From Mobula hypostoma (taxonomy: Eukaryota), in NCBI RefSeq assembly GCF_963921235.1, contig NC_086108.1:23374001-23438000 (forward strand): a DNA stretch of 64,000 nucleotides, read 5' to 3'. Below the pieces are notes generated by a model, which saw only the letters and a list, made by a program, of their open reading frames with translations, was not told the origin of the DNA and did no database searches. Both the position numbers and the translations under genes were made by a program. Shown here one piece after another: positions 50,683 through 62,937 of this stretch (the stretch's first letter is position 1; each line of letters begins with the position of its first letter).

Positions 50683-51621
50683 ACCTCCAAATAGAAGCAT
50701 TATAAATATAAAGTGTATAGAATACTGAAGCAATCTTATAAATTAACCAAGCACATCCTCTAATTGCACAGTTTGTGGTGTGGTGATTGAACATTAATTT
50801 AATTAGAGACTCTCTGTCAGCTAAAAGCTAAAATGCACCTACATCTATCTAAACTAAGAAGCAGCAGAGATGCTTAGTCAACAAGTAGGTCAACATTTGA
50901 GGTTGGAGCCAGCTTCCATGTTACTGCTTGTCATCTGAAACTTTAATCACCGACTAAATTAATCTTGGCAGTTTTGCTCAATTAATGTGTTGGCTAAGTA
51001 CTTGATCTGGTTTTGGGAAATAAACCTGGTCAGGTGTCAAATCTCTTGGTGGGAGAGCATTTTGGAGGTAGTGACCACTGCTCTATCTCCTCACCATAGC
51101 GCTGGAGGGGACGAGAAGCAGACAATTTGGGAAAGCATTTAATTGGGGTAGGAGGAAATATGATGCTATTAGCAGGAATTTGGGAGCATAATTTGGGAGC
51201 GGGTATTCTCAGGGAAATGCATGGCAGAAATGTGGCTAGTGTTCAGGGAATGTGCATAGAGTTCTGCAAATGTTTCATGGAGGCAGGGAAGGGATGGAAG
51301 AGTTAAAGAAATATGGTGTACAAAGTATGTAGAAAATCTAGTTAAGAAAAAAAGAAAAGCTTACAAAAGGTTCAGGAAAGCAGGTTCTGATAGAACTCTA
51401 GAAAATTACAGGATTGCTAGGAAGGAGTTTAGGAATTGAATTAGGAGAGCCAGAAGGGGCCATGAGAAGTCCTTGGCGAGCAGGATTAAGGAAAACCCCA
51501 AGACATTCTACAAGTATGCGAAGAAAAAGAGGATGAGCCGTGTGAGAATAGGACCAATCAGGTGTGAAAGTGGAAATGTGTGCATGGAGTTGGAGGAGCT
51601 AGTGGAGGTACTTAATGAATA

Positions 51622-53167
51622 CAGGTTTTCCCCACCATCTGAGGGTAGAACGTTCCTATGAAATGTCGTAAAGCGAAGAAGCAATTACCATCTATTTATA
51701 TGGGAAAATTTTGTGAGCGTTCGCAGACCCAAAAATAACCTACCAAATCATGCCAATAACACATAAAATCTAAAATAACAGTAACATATAGTAAAAGCAG
51801 GAATGATATGATAAATACACAGCCTATATAAAGTAGAAATACTTTTCCACAATCATTACTGCACTGTTCCCCTAGCGAAAATCTCACGCAAGCGCCGTCA
51901 GCAGAAAACTCACGCAAGCGCTGTTGGCAAAAACACGGCGCAAGTGCTCTCCAGTAACCTTTAAGCTATGAAGCTGCCAAATCATACCAAATAACACGTA
52001 AAAATACACGGCCTATATAAAGTAGAAATAATGTATGTACAGTGTAGTATCACTTACCGGAATCGGGAAGACAGCGCCGAGCACACTGATGATGGTGTGT
52101 TAGGCTGAGTCGGAGTTTGGGTGGCAGTGGCCCCCACCCTCCAGGCCGCGGAGCGATACTTTGCCGCAAAGCATGCAGGGGTGCAGTGGTAGCCAGGAGG
52201 CACACAGCACATCTTTAAGAAAAAAACCGAAACAAACATGCTAATTAATTAGGTGCCGCCTGGCACGTAATTGTGAGCCCAGATCAGTGCCGATTTCTGA
52301 TCTGGGCCGACAATTACGTGTCAGCGGCACCTAATTAATTAGCATGTTTATTTCGGCTTTTTCTTAAAGATGTGCTGTGTGCCTCCCGGCTACCGTTGCA
52401 TTCTCCGCGAATCGGTATCTGTCCGTGGCCTGGGGGTTGGGGTGGTGGGATACCGGTGTGTCATCTTGTCATCGTCTGTTTCCATTAGGGCAGGCAGGTC
52501 ATCATCTCCTATGTCTGCCTGCCTCGATGTCGAAGGTCGAGGTTCGTCGTCTGCTGTGGCTGATGTGGAAGGCTTGCTTGATGGCTGAGGGCTGAGCCTC
52601 GCGCATTTTTCTATCACACAGTTCTTTGTAAGGACTCAAACCATCCTGCAAATATCCCCTAAACCGACATACCCTTTCAAAATTAAAGTCGTATTTTATC
52701 ATTACTCATTCAGTTTCGATTGTTATCCTTTTTTCTTCCAATTGCATCAGCTCTTTATCTATCAGTTCTTGGTCATGGGATGCCAAAGCCTCTTCAACAT
52801 CATGTTCATCACCTTCCACAAGCCAAACTCACTTTGTCCTTACTTCGTTCACCACGATCGAAACGCTTAATTAAGTCTAGTTTTACGCTAAGTTTAACAG
52901 GCTTATGGGCTCTTTTAGGCTTTTCCGATACCATAGAACTCATCTTGTAAATGACTGCTCACAGGCCCGTGGTTAAGCAATGCCGGCGAGAATGCAGTTC
53001 CAAATCCGGGGAGAGCGGCTGCTCGGGGCGCGCGGCCATTTATCACGCGCTGCTTTTTTTTTGTAACAGTGAAAACGCCTTCTGAAAGCGAAAACAGGGT
53101 ACTAATGTAGGTCTTTCGTAACAGTGAGGTTTCGTAAAGCGAACGTTCGAAAAGCGGGGGACAGCTG
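51622..53167 (-). mobile_element. Tigger/pogo-type non-autonomous DNA transposon
   Basis: TA TSD. Ends CAGGTTTTCCCC / GGGGGACAGCTG. Minus-strand ATG at 52934 gives MVSEKPKRAHKPVKLSVKLDLIKRFDRGERSKD (psq-HTH), deleted through to a C-terminal remnant. Confidence 0.85.
52126..52445. repeat. Palindromic hAT-like MITE nested in the Tigger element
   Basis: Inverted arms of about 150 bp centred near 52290 (...GCCCAGATCAG-tgccgattt-CTGATCTGGGCC...). Starts CAGTGGCCCCCA. Confidence 0.75.
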
Positions 53168-55599
53168 TACTTCGCTTCAGTATTCACCAGGGATAAAGAC
53201 CTTAGCAATTGTGGGGATTACTTACAGAGAACTGAAATACTTGAGCATATAGACATTAAGAAAAAGGATGTGCTGGAAAGTTTGAAAAGTACTGTTAGAT
53301 AAGTCACCGGCACCGGATGAGATATACCCCAGGCTACTGTGGGAAGCGAGGAAGGAGATTTCTGAGCCTTGTGTGCTGATCTTTGTGTCATCAATAGGGA
53401 CGGGAGAAGTACTGGAGGACTGGAGGGTTGCAAATGTTGTCCCTTGTTAAGAAAGGGAGTAAAGATAACCCAGGAAATTATAGACCAGTGAGTCTGACTT
53501 CAGTGGTGGGCAAGTTGTTGGAGAAGCTCCTGAGAGGCAGGATTTATAAGCATTTGGAGAGATTAGGAATAGTCAGCATGTCTTTGTCAAGGGCAGGTAG
53601 TGCCTTACGAGCCTGACTGAATTCCTTGCAGAAGTAATAAAACACATCGATGAAGATAGAGCAGTGGATGTAGTGTACATGGATTTCAGTAGGGCAGTTG
53701 TTAAGATTCCCCATGCAAAGCCCATTCAGAAAGTAAGGAGGAATGGGATCCAAGGAGACCTTGTTTTGTGGATCTGGAATTGGCTTGGCCACAAAAGGCA
53801 AAGGGTGGTTGTAGATGGTTTGTATTCTGCATGGAGGTCGGTGACCGGTGGTGTTCTGCAGGGATCTGCTCAAGGACCTCTCCTCTTTGTGATTTTTATA
53901 AATGACTTGGATGAGGAAGTAGAAGGGTGGGTTAGTAAGTTTGCTGATGACACAAAGGTTCGGGTGTTGTGGATGGTCTGGAGGGTTGTCAGAGGTTACA
54001 GCGGGACATTGATAGGATGTACAACTGGGCTGAGAAGCGGCAGAAGGACTTCAACCCAGATAAGTGTGAAGTGGTTCAATTTGGTAGGTCAAATTTGAAG
54101 ACAGAATATAATATTCTTGGTAAGACCTTTGGCAGTGTGGAGGATCTGAAAGATCTTGGGGTCTGTGTTGATTGGACACTCAAAGCTGCTGCGCAGGTTG
54201 ACAGTGTTGTTAAGAAGGTGTATGGTGTGTTGGCATTCATCAACTGTGGGAATGAGTTCAAGAGCCGTGAGGTAATGTTACAGCTATATAAGACGTTGGT
54301 CAGACCCCACTTGGAGTAATGTGTTCAGTTCTGGTCACCTCACTATAGGAAGGATGCGGATACTATAGAGAGTGCAGAGGAGACTTACAAGGATGTTGCC
54401 TGGATTGGAGGGCGTACCTTATGAGAATAGGTTGAGCGAACTTGGCCTTTTCTCCTTGGAATGACAGAGGATGAGAGGTGATCTGATAGAGGTGTATAAG
54501 ATGATGAGGGGTATTGATCATCTGGATAACCAGAGGCTTTTTCCCAGGGTTGAAATGGCTAATACAAGGGGGCATAGTTTTAAGGTGGAAATAGGTACCA
54601 AGGGAATGTCAGGGGTAAGTGGTGGGTGCTTGGAATGCACTGCTGGTGGCGGTGGTGGAAACGGATACAATAGGGTCTTTTAAGAGCCTCTTAGATAGGT
54701 ACATGGAACTTAGAAAAATAGAAGGCTATGCAACATTGTGGGCCAAAGGTCCTGTGTGCTGTAAATATCTGTGAACTATTCTCTTTGAACTAAAAGACAT
54801 AGAAAATTAAGTAAGTGTGCTGATAGAAATAAAATGGCAGGCATATCAAAGAAACGTTGAAACAAAGCTAATGATGATGAATTATTCCTCTCTGTAGTTC
54901 ATCAACTCTCTTAAATTCCTATTAAAGAACTTAACCTGGTTGAAAATTATGCCTTTGCATAATTGCATGCTCTGACAGTTGAACAGAGGGAGATTACAGC
55001 TATTCCAAAACCAAAACACATAAAAAGTATCTGACAATAACTGCTTGAGTCAGGATGTTTGGAATGTGCATGCACACTTGCATGAAAATCACAAAGAGAA
55101 TGGCAATTATTGCAGGGAAATGTCAAAGTTGAGATTATTGTCCTTTGCACAAGTACATGTATGCATAATTGCAAAGTAAAAGAAATACTTGTAGCAGCAT
55201 CACAGGCACATAGCACTGCAGATGTTTCACAGCCTTTGAGTTTGTGCACTGTAATCTAATATGGAGCAGCCTTTGTGACAGGGTGCTCATTATTAAAAAC
55301 TGTATCATTTGTGATTATTTTATTTCCACCGTTCTGAAGCCCTGCACTGTAGACTAATTCAAACCATCTGCAAATTATTCAGGAAATTGATAAAAAGAGA
55401 TAACATGGAAAGAAATGCTATCAACAGATAAAATCATATAGGCTCTAGATTTTCTCCTAGCAGTTTGCAGCCTCATTCATTACTGATCTACATATTAAAT
55501 ATGATTTGATCTATCATTGTAAGTGTGAACTATCATGCTGCCCAGCCCAATAATGGGAGTAATATATGCAAATTCAGAGCTAGTTATTATAGAAGAACC

Positions 55600-58120
55600 A
55601 AGGATCAGGAAAGGGAGGATGAGGCACCTGTGGCTGACCAGGGCAGTCAAAGATAGCATAAAAAGAAAAGAGAGAGCATATAATATAGCAAAAAAATAGT
55701 GAGAAGTTGGAGGACTGGGAAGCTTTTTTAAAAAAAAACAGAAGGCAACAAAAAGCCATAAATAGAGAAAAGATTATATATGAAGTAAGCCAATAATATA
55801 AAAGTGGATACCAAAAGTTTTTTCAGAGTAAACGAGAGGCGAGGGTGTATTTTGAACTGCTGGAAAATTATGCTAGAGAGGTAGTAATGGGGGACAAACA
55901 AATGACAGACAATCTTAATAAGTATTTTGCATCAGTCTTCACTGTGGGGAAAATACAAGCAGTATGCCAGAAACTTTAGAGTATTGGGGGCAGAAGTGAG
56001 TTTAATTGCTGCAACTGAATGGGGACAAACTGAATAAGTATTTTGCATCAGTCTTCATTGTGGAAGACACCAGCAACATGCCAAAAATTCATGAGAGATA
56101 GGGGCATAAGTGAGTGTTGTTGCTATTACTAAGGAGAGATTGCTTGGGAAGCTGAAAAGATTGAATCACCTGTATGGGTTGGATCACAATCCAGAGTTCT
56201 GAAAGAGGTAGATGGAGAGATTGTGGAGATATTAGTAGTGATCCTTTGAGAATCACTAGATTCTGATATGGTTCTGGAGGACTGGAAAATTGCAAATGTC
56301 ATTCCACTCCTCAAGAATGGAGGGAGACAGAAAAAAGGAAATTATAGGCTAATTAGTCTGACCTCAGTGGTTGCGAAGCTATTGAAGTGATTGTTAAGGA
56401 TGTGGTTTCTGGGTACTTGGAGGCTCATGACAAAATAGGCCAAAGTCAGCATGGTTTCCTTAAGTGAAAATCAAACATCTTACCTGATAAATCTTTTGGA
56501 ATTCGTTGAGGAAATAGCAGGCGGGATAGATGAAGGAGAATCGGTGGATATTGTGGATATTAGAAGACGTTTGACAAGGTGCCGCACATGAGGCTGCTTA
56601 ACAAACTAAGAACCCGTGGTATTACAGGAAAGATATTAGCATGTATAGAAAATTGGCTGACCGGCAGGAGGCAAAGCCTTTTCTAGTTGGCTACCAATGA
56701 CTGGTGGTGTTCCATGGTGTCGGTATTTGGACCGTTTCTTTTCATGTTATATGTCAATGATTTAGATGATGGAATTGATGGCTTTGTGGCCAGGTTTGTG
56801 GACAATACAGAGGTAGGAGGAGGGGCAAGTAGCGTTAAGGAACCAGGGAGTTTGCGGAAGGACTCAGATAGATTGGAAGAATGGGCAAAGAATATGAGAT
56901 GGAATATAGTGCAGGGAAGTTCGTTTAATTGTCATTCAACCAAGCATGAATACTTATGAATAGAGCTAAATCCACAGTGTTACTCCGGTGCCACGGTGCA
57001 AACACAGCACCAACACAAGGCAGATTTAACACTTATAGCACATATAAGATATCAGTAAAATACAGTCACATAAAAAAATATAGTCCAAGACTCTGAGTCC
57101 ATGAATGTTGCAGACATGTTGAACACAATACAGCCTGTCTTCTGCCGAATAAACACTGGGGGCAGCAGTGACTCCAGCTTGGACGTTGTGGCACACCACC
57201 TCTGGTGGAGCGTACCAACTCTGATGCCTCTCACCTGGGCGTCGATAAACAGGCGGCTTGAAGCTAAGCTCTCGCTACGATCATGGCCATGCAGCTCCCC
57301 GACTGACTGCCACTAATAAGTGAATTGGAGAAGTGTATGATCACGCACTTTGTTAGAAGGAATAAAGACTACTTTCTAATGAGTTGATGGTAAGGAAGGT
57401 AAATGCAATGTTAGCATTCATTTCGAGAAGACTAGAATATAAGAGCAAGGATGTAATGTTGAGGCTTTATAAGGCATTGGTCAGATCACACTTGGAGTAT
57501 CTGGAGCAGTATTGGTTCCCCTCAGCTGAGAAAGAAGTTCTGGCCTGGGAGAGGGTCAAGAGCAGGTTCATGATAATGATTCTGGGAATGAAAGTGTTAA
57601 CACATGAGGAGCGTTTGGTGGCTCTAGGCCTCTACTCACTGAAGTTTAGAAGTATGAGGGTGAATCTCGTTGAAGCCTATCAAATATTGAATGGCCTAGA
57701 TAGAGTGGATGTGCAGAGGATGTTTCCTATTGTGGGTGAGTCGAGGACCAGAGGGCACAGCCTCAGAATAGAGCAAACTTTTTTTATGCCATGGAGCCTT
57801 ACCATTAACCGAGCGGTCCGTGGACCCCAGGTTGGGAACTTCTGGAATAGAGTGACGATCGATTTAGAACAGAAATGAGGAGAAATTTTTTTAGCCAAAG
57901 GGTGGTTAATCTATGGAATTCATTGCCATGGACTGTTGAGGAGGTGAAGTCATTGGGTATATTTAAAAGTGGAGATTAGTAGTTTATTGATTAGTCAGGA
58001 TATCAAAGGTTACAGGAAGAAGGCAGGAGGAGTGGGATAATAAATCAGCCATGATTGAATTGCAGAGCAGACTGAATGGGTCGATCGGTCTATTTCTGCT
58101 TCTATGTCTTAAGGTCTTAA
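55600..58120 (+). mobile_element. Decayed CR1 LINE with nested insertions
   Basis: LNKYFASVF (duplicated), EDWKIANVIP, YVNDLDDGIDGFVARFVDNT, VRSHLEY. An antisense LINE-tail insert lies at about 56918-57325. Confidence 0.85.
57774..57844. mobile_element. Tiny hAT MITE (71 bp)
   Basis: 8-bp TSD GAATAGAG (57766-73, 57845-52). Right TIR GGTTGGGAACTTCTG; left TIR mostly deleted. Confidence 0.7.
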
Positions 58121-59239
58121 TAAACAGATCCTTCTCAGATTGATGCTCTGTGTTACTGGATTACCACAGATCAAAGGCAAAGTAAAATTTGTTATCAAAA
58201 TGTGTATATGTTACCGTATATTATCCTGAGATTCATTTTCTTGCAGGCATTGACAGAAAAAGGTTAAGTGTTTGGGTTTCAAATATTCATAACCTGTATC
58301 AATGACTTGTCTGAGGGGTGAAATGTGTTTTCAAGTGAAAAATTACCTGTAAAGTGAAAATCTGAAATGCTCAAATACCCAGTAATTCAGTCCATGTTCG
58401 TGAGAAGAGAAAGAGGGCTGATGTTTCAAGCTGAAGAGCTATTATGAGACCATGTTTCCAAGTTATATTTCCAAGTTTGCTAACAGTACTAAATGAGGTG
58501 GGATTATGAGTATGGAGGAAGATGTAAAGAAGGTTTGAAAGAATATGGACTCATTGACTGTGTGGGCATGGTATGACATATAAAATATGATGTGTAAACT
58601 GTGAAGTTGTCCACTTTGGTGAACATTCTAGAAAAGCAATGTATTTATCAAATGATGAGGGATTAGGTAGTGTTGATATTTAGACGGACCTTTGTGTGTT
58701 TGTATATTGGTCAATATACAAGGGTAAATATCATATTGGCCTCTTTAGCAAGAGGGTTTGATGACTGGAGTAGGGCATATTATTACATTTATATACAGTC
58801 TTAATGGATCTGCACCTGGAACATAGTGGATAAGTTTGGTCTCCCTACCCAAGGAATAATGGATTTGCTATTGGGGGAATGTCACAGAGGGTCACAGAGT
58901 GATCACAGAGGATCACTGATTTTAGGGATGACAAGTTGGCTTTATGAGGAGTGATTAAATAGATTAAGACTTCATTCTCTGAAGTTTAGAAGGATAAAAA
59001 GATATCTTATTGAATTGTACAAAATTCTTAAAGGGTTTGATAGGTTAGATGCAGGGAGGATGTTTCCTCCGATTTGAGTCTAGGCCTAAGGGTGGGGCAT
59101 AGTTGGAAAATAAGGGGTAGGCCTTTAAGTGAGGCAGAGATAAATCTTTGAAATTCTGTAGCCCAGAGTTACTGAACTGTGTTCATTTGAAACTGAGATT
59201 GGTAGATTCCTGAGCATTAAAAGAATCAATGGATATAGA

Positions 59240-60379
59240 CTAGGGAGATGTCTTCCTTTTTTAAAGAAAGGGGCTTCCCTTCCTCCACTATCAACTCTGC
59301 TCTTAAACGCATCTCCCCCATTTCACGTACATCTGCTCTCACTCCATCCTCCCGCCACCCCACTAGGAATAGGGTTCCCCTGGTCCTCACCTACCACCCC
59401 ACCAGCCTCCGGGTCCAACATATTATTCTCCGTAACTTCCGCCACCTCCAACGGGATCCCACCACTAAGCACATCTTTCCCTCCCCCCCCTGCATTCCGC
59501 AGGGATCGCTCCCTACACAACTCCCTTGTCCATTCGTCCCCCCCATCCCTCCCCACTGATCTCCCTCCTGGCACTTATCCGTGTAAGCGGAACAAGTGCG
59601 ACACATGCCCTTACACTTCCTCCCTTACCACCATTCAGGGCCCCAAACAGTCCTTCAAGGTGAGGCGACACTTCACCTGTGAGTCGACTGGGGTGATATA
59701 CTGCGTCCGGTGCTCCCGATGTGGCCTTTTATATATTGGCGAGACCCGACGCAGACTGGGAGACCGCTTTGCTGAACATCTACGCTCTGTCCGCCAGAGA
59801 AAGCAGGATCTCCCAGTGGCCACACATTTTAATTCCACATCCCATTCCCATTCTGACATGTCCATCCACGGCCTCCTCTACTGTAAAGATGAAGCCACAC
59901 TCAGGTTGGAGGAACAACACCTTATATTCCGTCTGGGTAGCCTCCAACCTGATGGTATGAACATCGACTTTTCTAACTTCCGCTAAGGCCCCACCTCCCC
60001 GTCGTACCCCATCTGTTACTCATTTTTATGCACACATTCTTTCTCTCACTCTCCTTTTTCTCCCTCTGTCCCTCTGAATATACCTCTTGCCCATCCTCTG
60101 GGTCCCCCCCCCTTGTCTTTCTTCCCGGACCTCCTGTCCCATGATCCTCTCGTATCCCCTTTTGCCTATCACCTGTCCAGCTCTTGGCTCTATCCCTCCC
60201 CCTCCTGTCTTCTCCTATCATTTTGGATCTCCCCCTCCCCCTCCAACTTTCAAATCCCTTACTCACTCTTCCTTCAGTTAGTCCTGACGAAGGGTCTCGG
60301 CCTGAAACGTCGACTGCACCTCTTCCTACAGATGCTGCCTGGCCTGCTGCGTTCACCAGCAACTTTGATGTGTGTTGCT
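59240..60379 (+). mobile_element. Young 5'-truncated Penelope-like element with intact GIY-YIG domain
   Basis: 14-bp TSD TCAATGGATATAGA (59226-39, 60380-93). ORF 59660-59986 reads GVIYCVRCSRCGLLYIGETRRRLGDRFAEHL...RLEEQHLIFRLGSLQPDGMN. Confidence 0.93.
60280..60315 (+). ncRNA. Minimal type I hammerhead ribozyme (intact core, dimer-type)
   Basis: AGTC(stem I)-CTGACGA-AGG.GTCTCGG.CCT(stem II)-GAAA-C-GTC^-GACT(stem I'). Palindromic ACGT in place of stem III. Confidence 0.8.
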
Positions 60380-60488
60380 TCAATGGATATAGAGATAGTT
60401 CTCGGAAATGGCTGTAAAATGAGGCATGATCTTGATGAATGATAAGGCAGGCTCAAAGGGCCATCTGGTCTCCTCCTATCCCCATGTA

Positions 60489-60750
60489 CAGTGGGTTTCG
60501 GCTAACTGGGGCACTTTGGGACTAGTATATTTTAGCCCAATGAAGTGGCTGCCTCAAATAGCCCAAGTTTCACATAGTTTAAAAAGGTATAAAAAAAGAC
60601 AAACTACCGTTTAACTGAGTAGCAGGTTATGAATTTAAATGTACAGAACAAATTAGAACACTATTAGTACTACTACAGTACTATAAAACTGCAATGTTCT
60701 TTTAATGGACTGTAAATGAACAAAATCAGCACAAACACTTGGTGTAGATA
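60489..60750. mobile_element. pogo/Tigger-like MITE end fragment
   Basis: TA|CAGTGGGTTTCGGCTAACTGGGGCAC start. The matching right TIR was not found. Confidence 0.35.
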
Positions 60751-60971
60751 AATTCTCAGTTCTCAGAGGATTTAGGCCTGATGGGGATTGCAAGGTAGGT
60801 TTGAAAGAGGCCATAAAAGGGATTTGAACCTATTTGTAAATTTTTAAATAAGTGTTGCAATATTGTGATCCAATGCATGGGTGTCTACAACTGGAGGGCA
60901 TAGATTTAGAGTACAGTAAGGTGTAGGGATACAGAATGAATCTCAGGAGAGCTTGGGTGAATGTAATCTAA

Positions 60972-62026
60972 GGCTACGTCTACACTACGCCTGATAATTT
61001 TGAAAACGCCGGTTTCCAGTAAAAACGACAGGCCTCCACACTAAGCGTTTTTCAAAATATCTCTGCCCACATTAGACGGATATTTGGGTGAATCTCCTCC
61101 TACTGGGCATGCGCAGGACACACAGAAAACAAACGAAGAGGAAACGGTATACTTGGTGTGCGTTTGTCCAGTTACAGAGTAGAAAAACTTTAAAGGAATT
61201 GCTCTTGGCTCTCGCGCAGGAGGACTTAAAACTAAAAAAAAACAAATACTGGAGCGTATGGAGGCAACTGATAGGGAGTTCACAGACAGTATGACCCAGC
61301 TGATGACGAACATTGAAAAACTGACTTAACTCTGTTGCGTTAATAAAGCACTTTGTTAAATGTATAAAACATGTCTGCATCAGTGTTATCATGTATTTTC
61401 ATACAATGTTACATTAGGTTGTTACACATCTATTGTCAGAGAAGTACTTGCATAAATAGGTAAAGCACCTTCATACAAACAAGGACAGAAAACAGGGCAA
61501 AGTGAGTATATTTATTTATTCAGTAAGCTATGGGTCAGAGTATTTGGTGAGTACATTTCTAACTCTTCTGACTTCAGTCTCGTTGCTGTCTGTTCTGAAA
61601 TTGTTAGGTTGTGTGGGGGGTTGTGTTCAAGAAAACAATGAAATGCTGTGCTGTGGCCATCTGTTCCGGCACGTCATGACAGCGTTTTTAAATAGTCAAA
61701 AAAGCTCACTTTACAATTTAACTCTCATGCCATTCACACCGACTGTGCGTTATAACAGCCGTACGGCAGTGCTTGCGCAGTACCAAGCAGAAGCAGGGAA
61801 AGCATTGTTGTTGTGGTGTTGTCATGACAGCGTTTTTAAATCTCTCCGTTTACCCCATATACACTACAACGGATATTAGGCGTTTTCAGATTTATTCACT
61901 CTGGAGACCATTTCTGAAAATCTCCGTTTTCAGGGGATGAAAACACCGTTTTAGTGTGGACAGAGGGTCAAAACGAAGAGAAAAAGCTTCATTTTCAAAA
62001 TTATCCGGCGTAGTGTGGACATAGCC
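60972..62026. mobile_element. Non-autonomous PIF/Harbinger element
   Basis: TAA TSD on both sides. TIRs GGCTACGTCTACACTACGCCTGATAATTTTGAAAA / TTTTCAAAATTATCCGGCGTAGTGTGGACATAGCC. Confidence 0.88.
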
Positions 62027-62937
62027 TAAAAGACAGACATTTGCAGTTTATGTGGCTGCAAGTGTGAACTAAAGTCACGGCTAAATTCCATTCCTTAAAT
62101 GCTTAATGGTGTACATGTTGGTTCTTACAACACTCCGTCAGTTTGTATGTCACCTTAAATGACACCAGCCTTGAACTGAGCCGTAAAATCATTTATTAAC
62201 AGCTGCGCATGATTTTTTGGCTGCGTTGACCTTCTCTGCATTATTAGAAACTGATCTTGGAAGTCAGGACTATTTTCACTGAAGGCAAATAATTAGCTGA
62301 TTACTGAAATCTACAAAGCTATAGGCCTGCTAAAATTTTGCTGCGGAGCCATCTGGGCCTTATTTGGAGCTTCAGTGTTGAATACACATTGTGCATTAGA
62401 GGGACTTCAGGTTCCATTTCTATTGCACAGTTATTAATTGCCAGTATTACTGTACCATGGAATAGAAATCTGTTGCTGGTGAGGTGGACCTGTCAGTAGA
62501 TTTGTACCAGTGGTATTAATATTTAGACTTAGAATTTGTCAATTTCCTTTGGGATTTTCGTGAAACTGGAGGGCTAATGTTAAAAAAAAACACCACTCAG
62601 GAGCTGATCCACTTGAGTTAGGGGTATAGGGTTAAGGTAATGGATAGGAATTTTGAAGGAATCTGAGGTGAATTTTTGCATCTAAAGAGTGGCCGGAATC
62701 TAGAAAACATTTGCTGAGTGGGAGGTGGAGATGAGCATTCTGATGCCATTTAAGAAGGATCTAACCGAACCCTGAAATCACCAAGAAGGCTGTGGCCCAT
62801 ATGCTGGCACATAGAATTAGCTTGTGAACTTGGTGATCATGGATAGAGTGGGACAGGGGACTTGTTTCTGTTTTGTGTGACTTGAGCACTGAGAGCTTGG
62901 GAGTTTTTAACTGTTGGAAGTACTGAGACTTTGCAGG

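Larger units (their letters stand above)
50995..54775 (+). mobile_element. Long CR1 LINE (EN end, RT, 3' UTR) with stops and frameshifts, split by a Tigger element
   Basis: IKENPKTFYKY, LNEY|FASVFT, NYRPVSLTSVVGK, KFADDTK, RPHLE. Confidence 0.92.
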
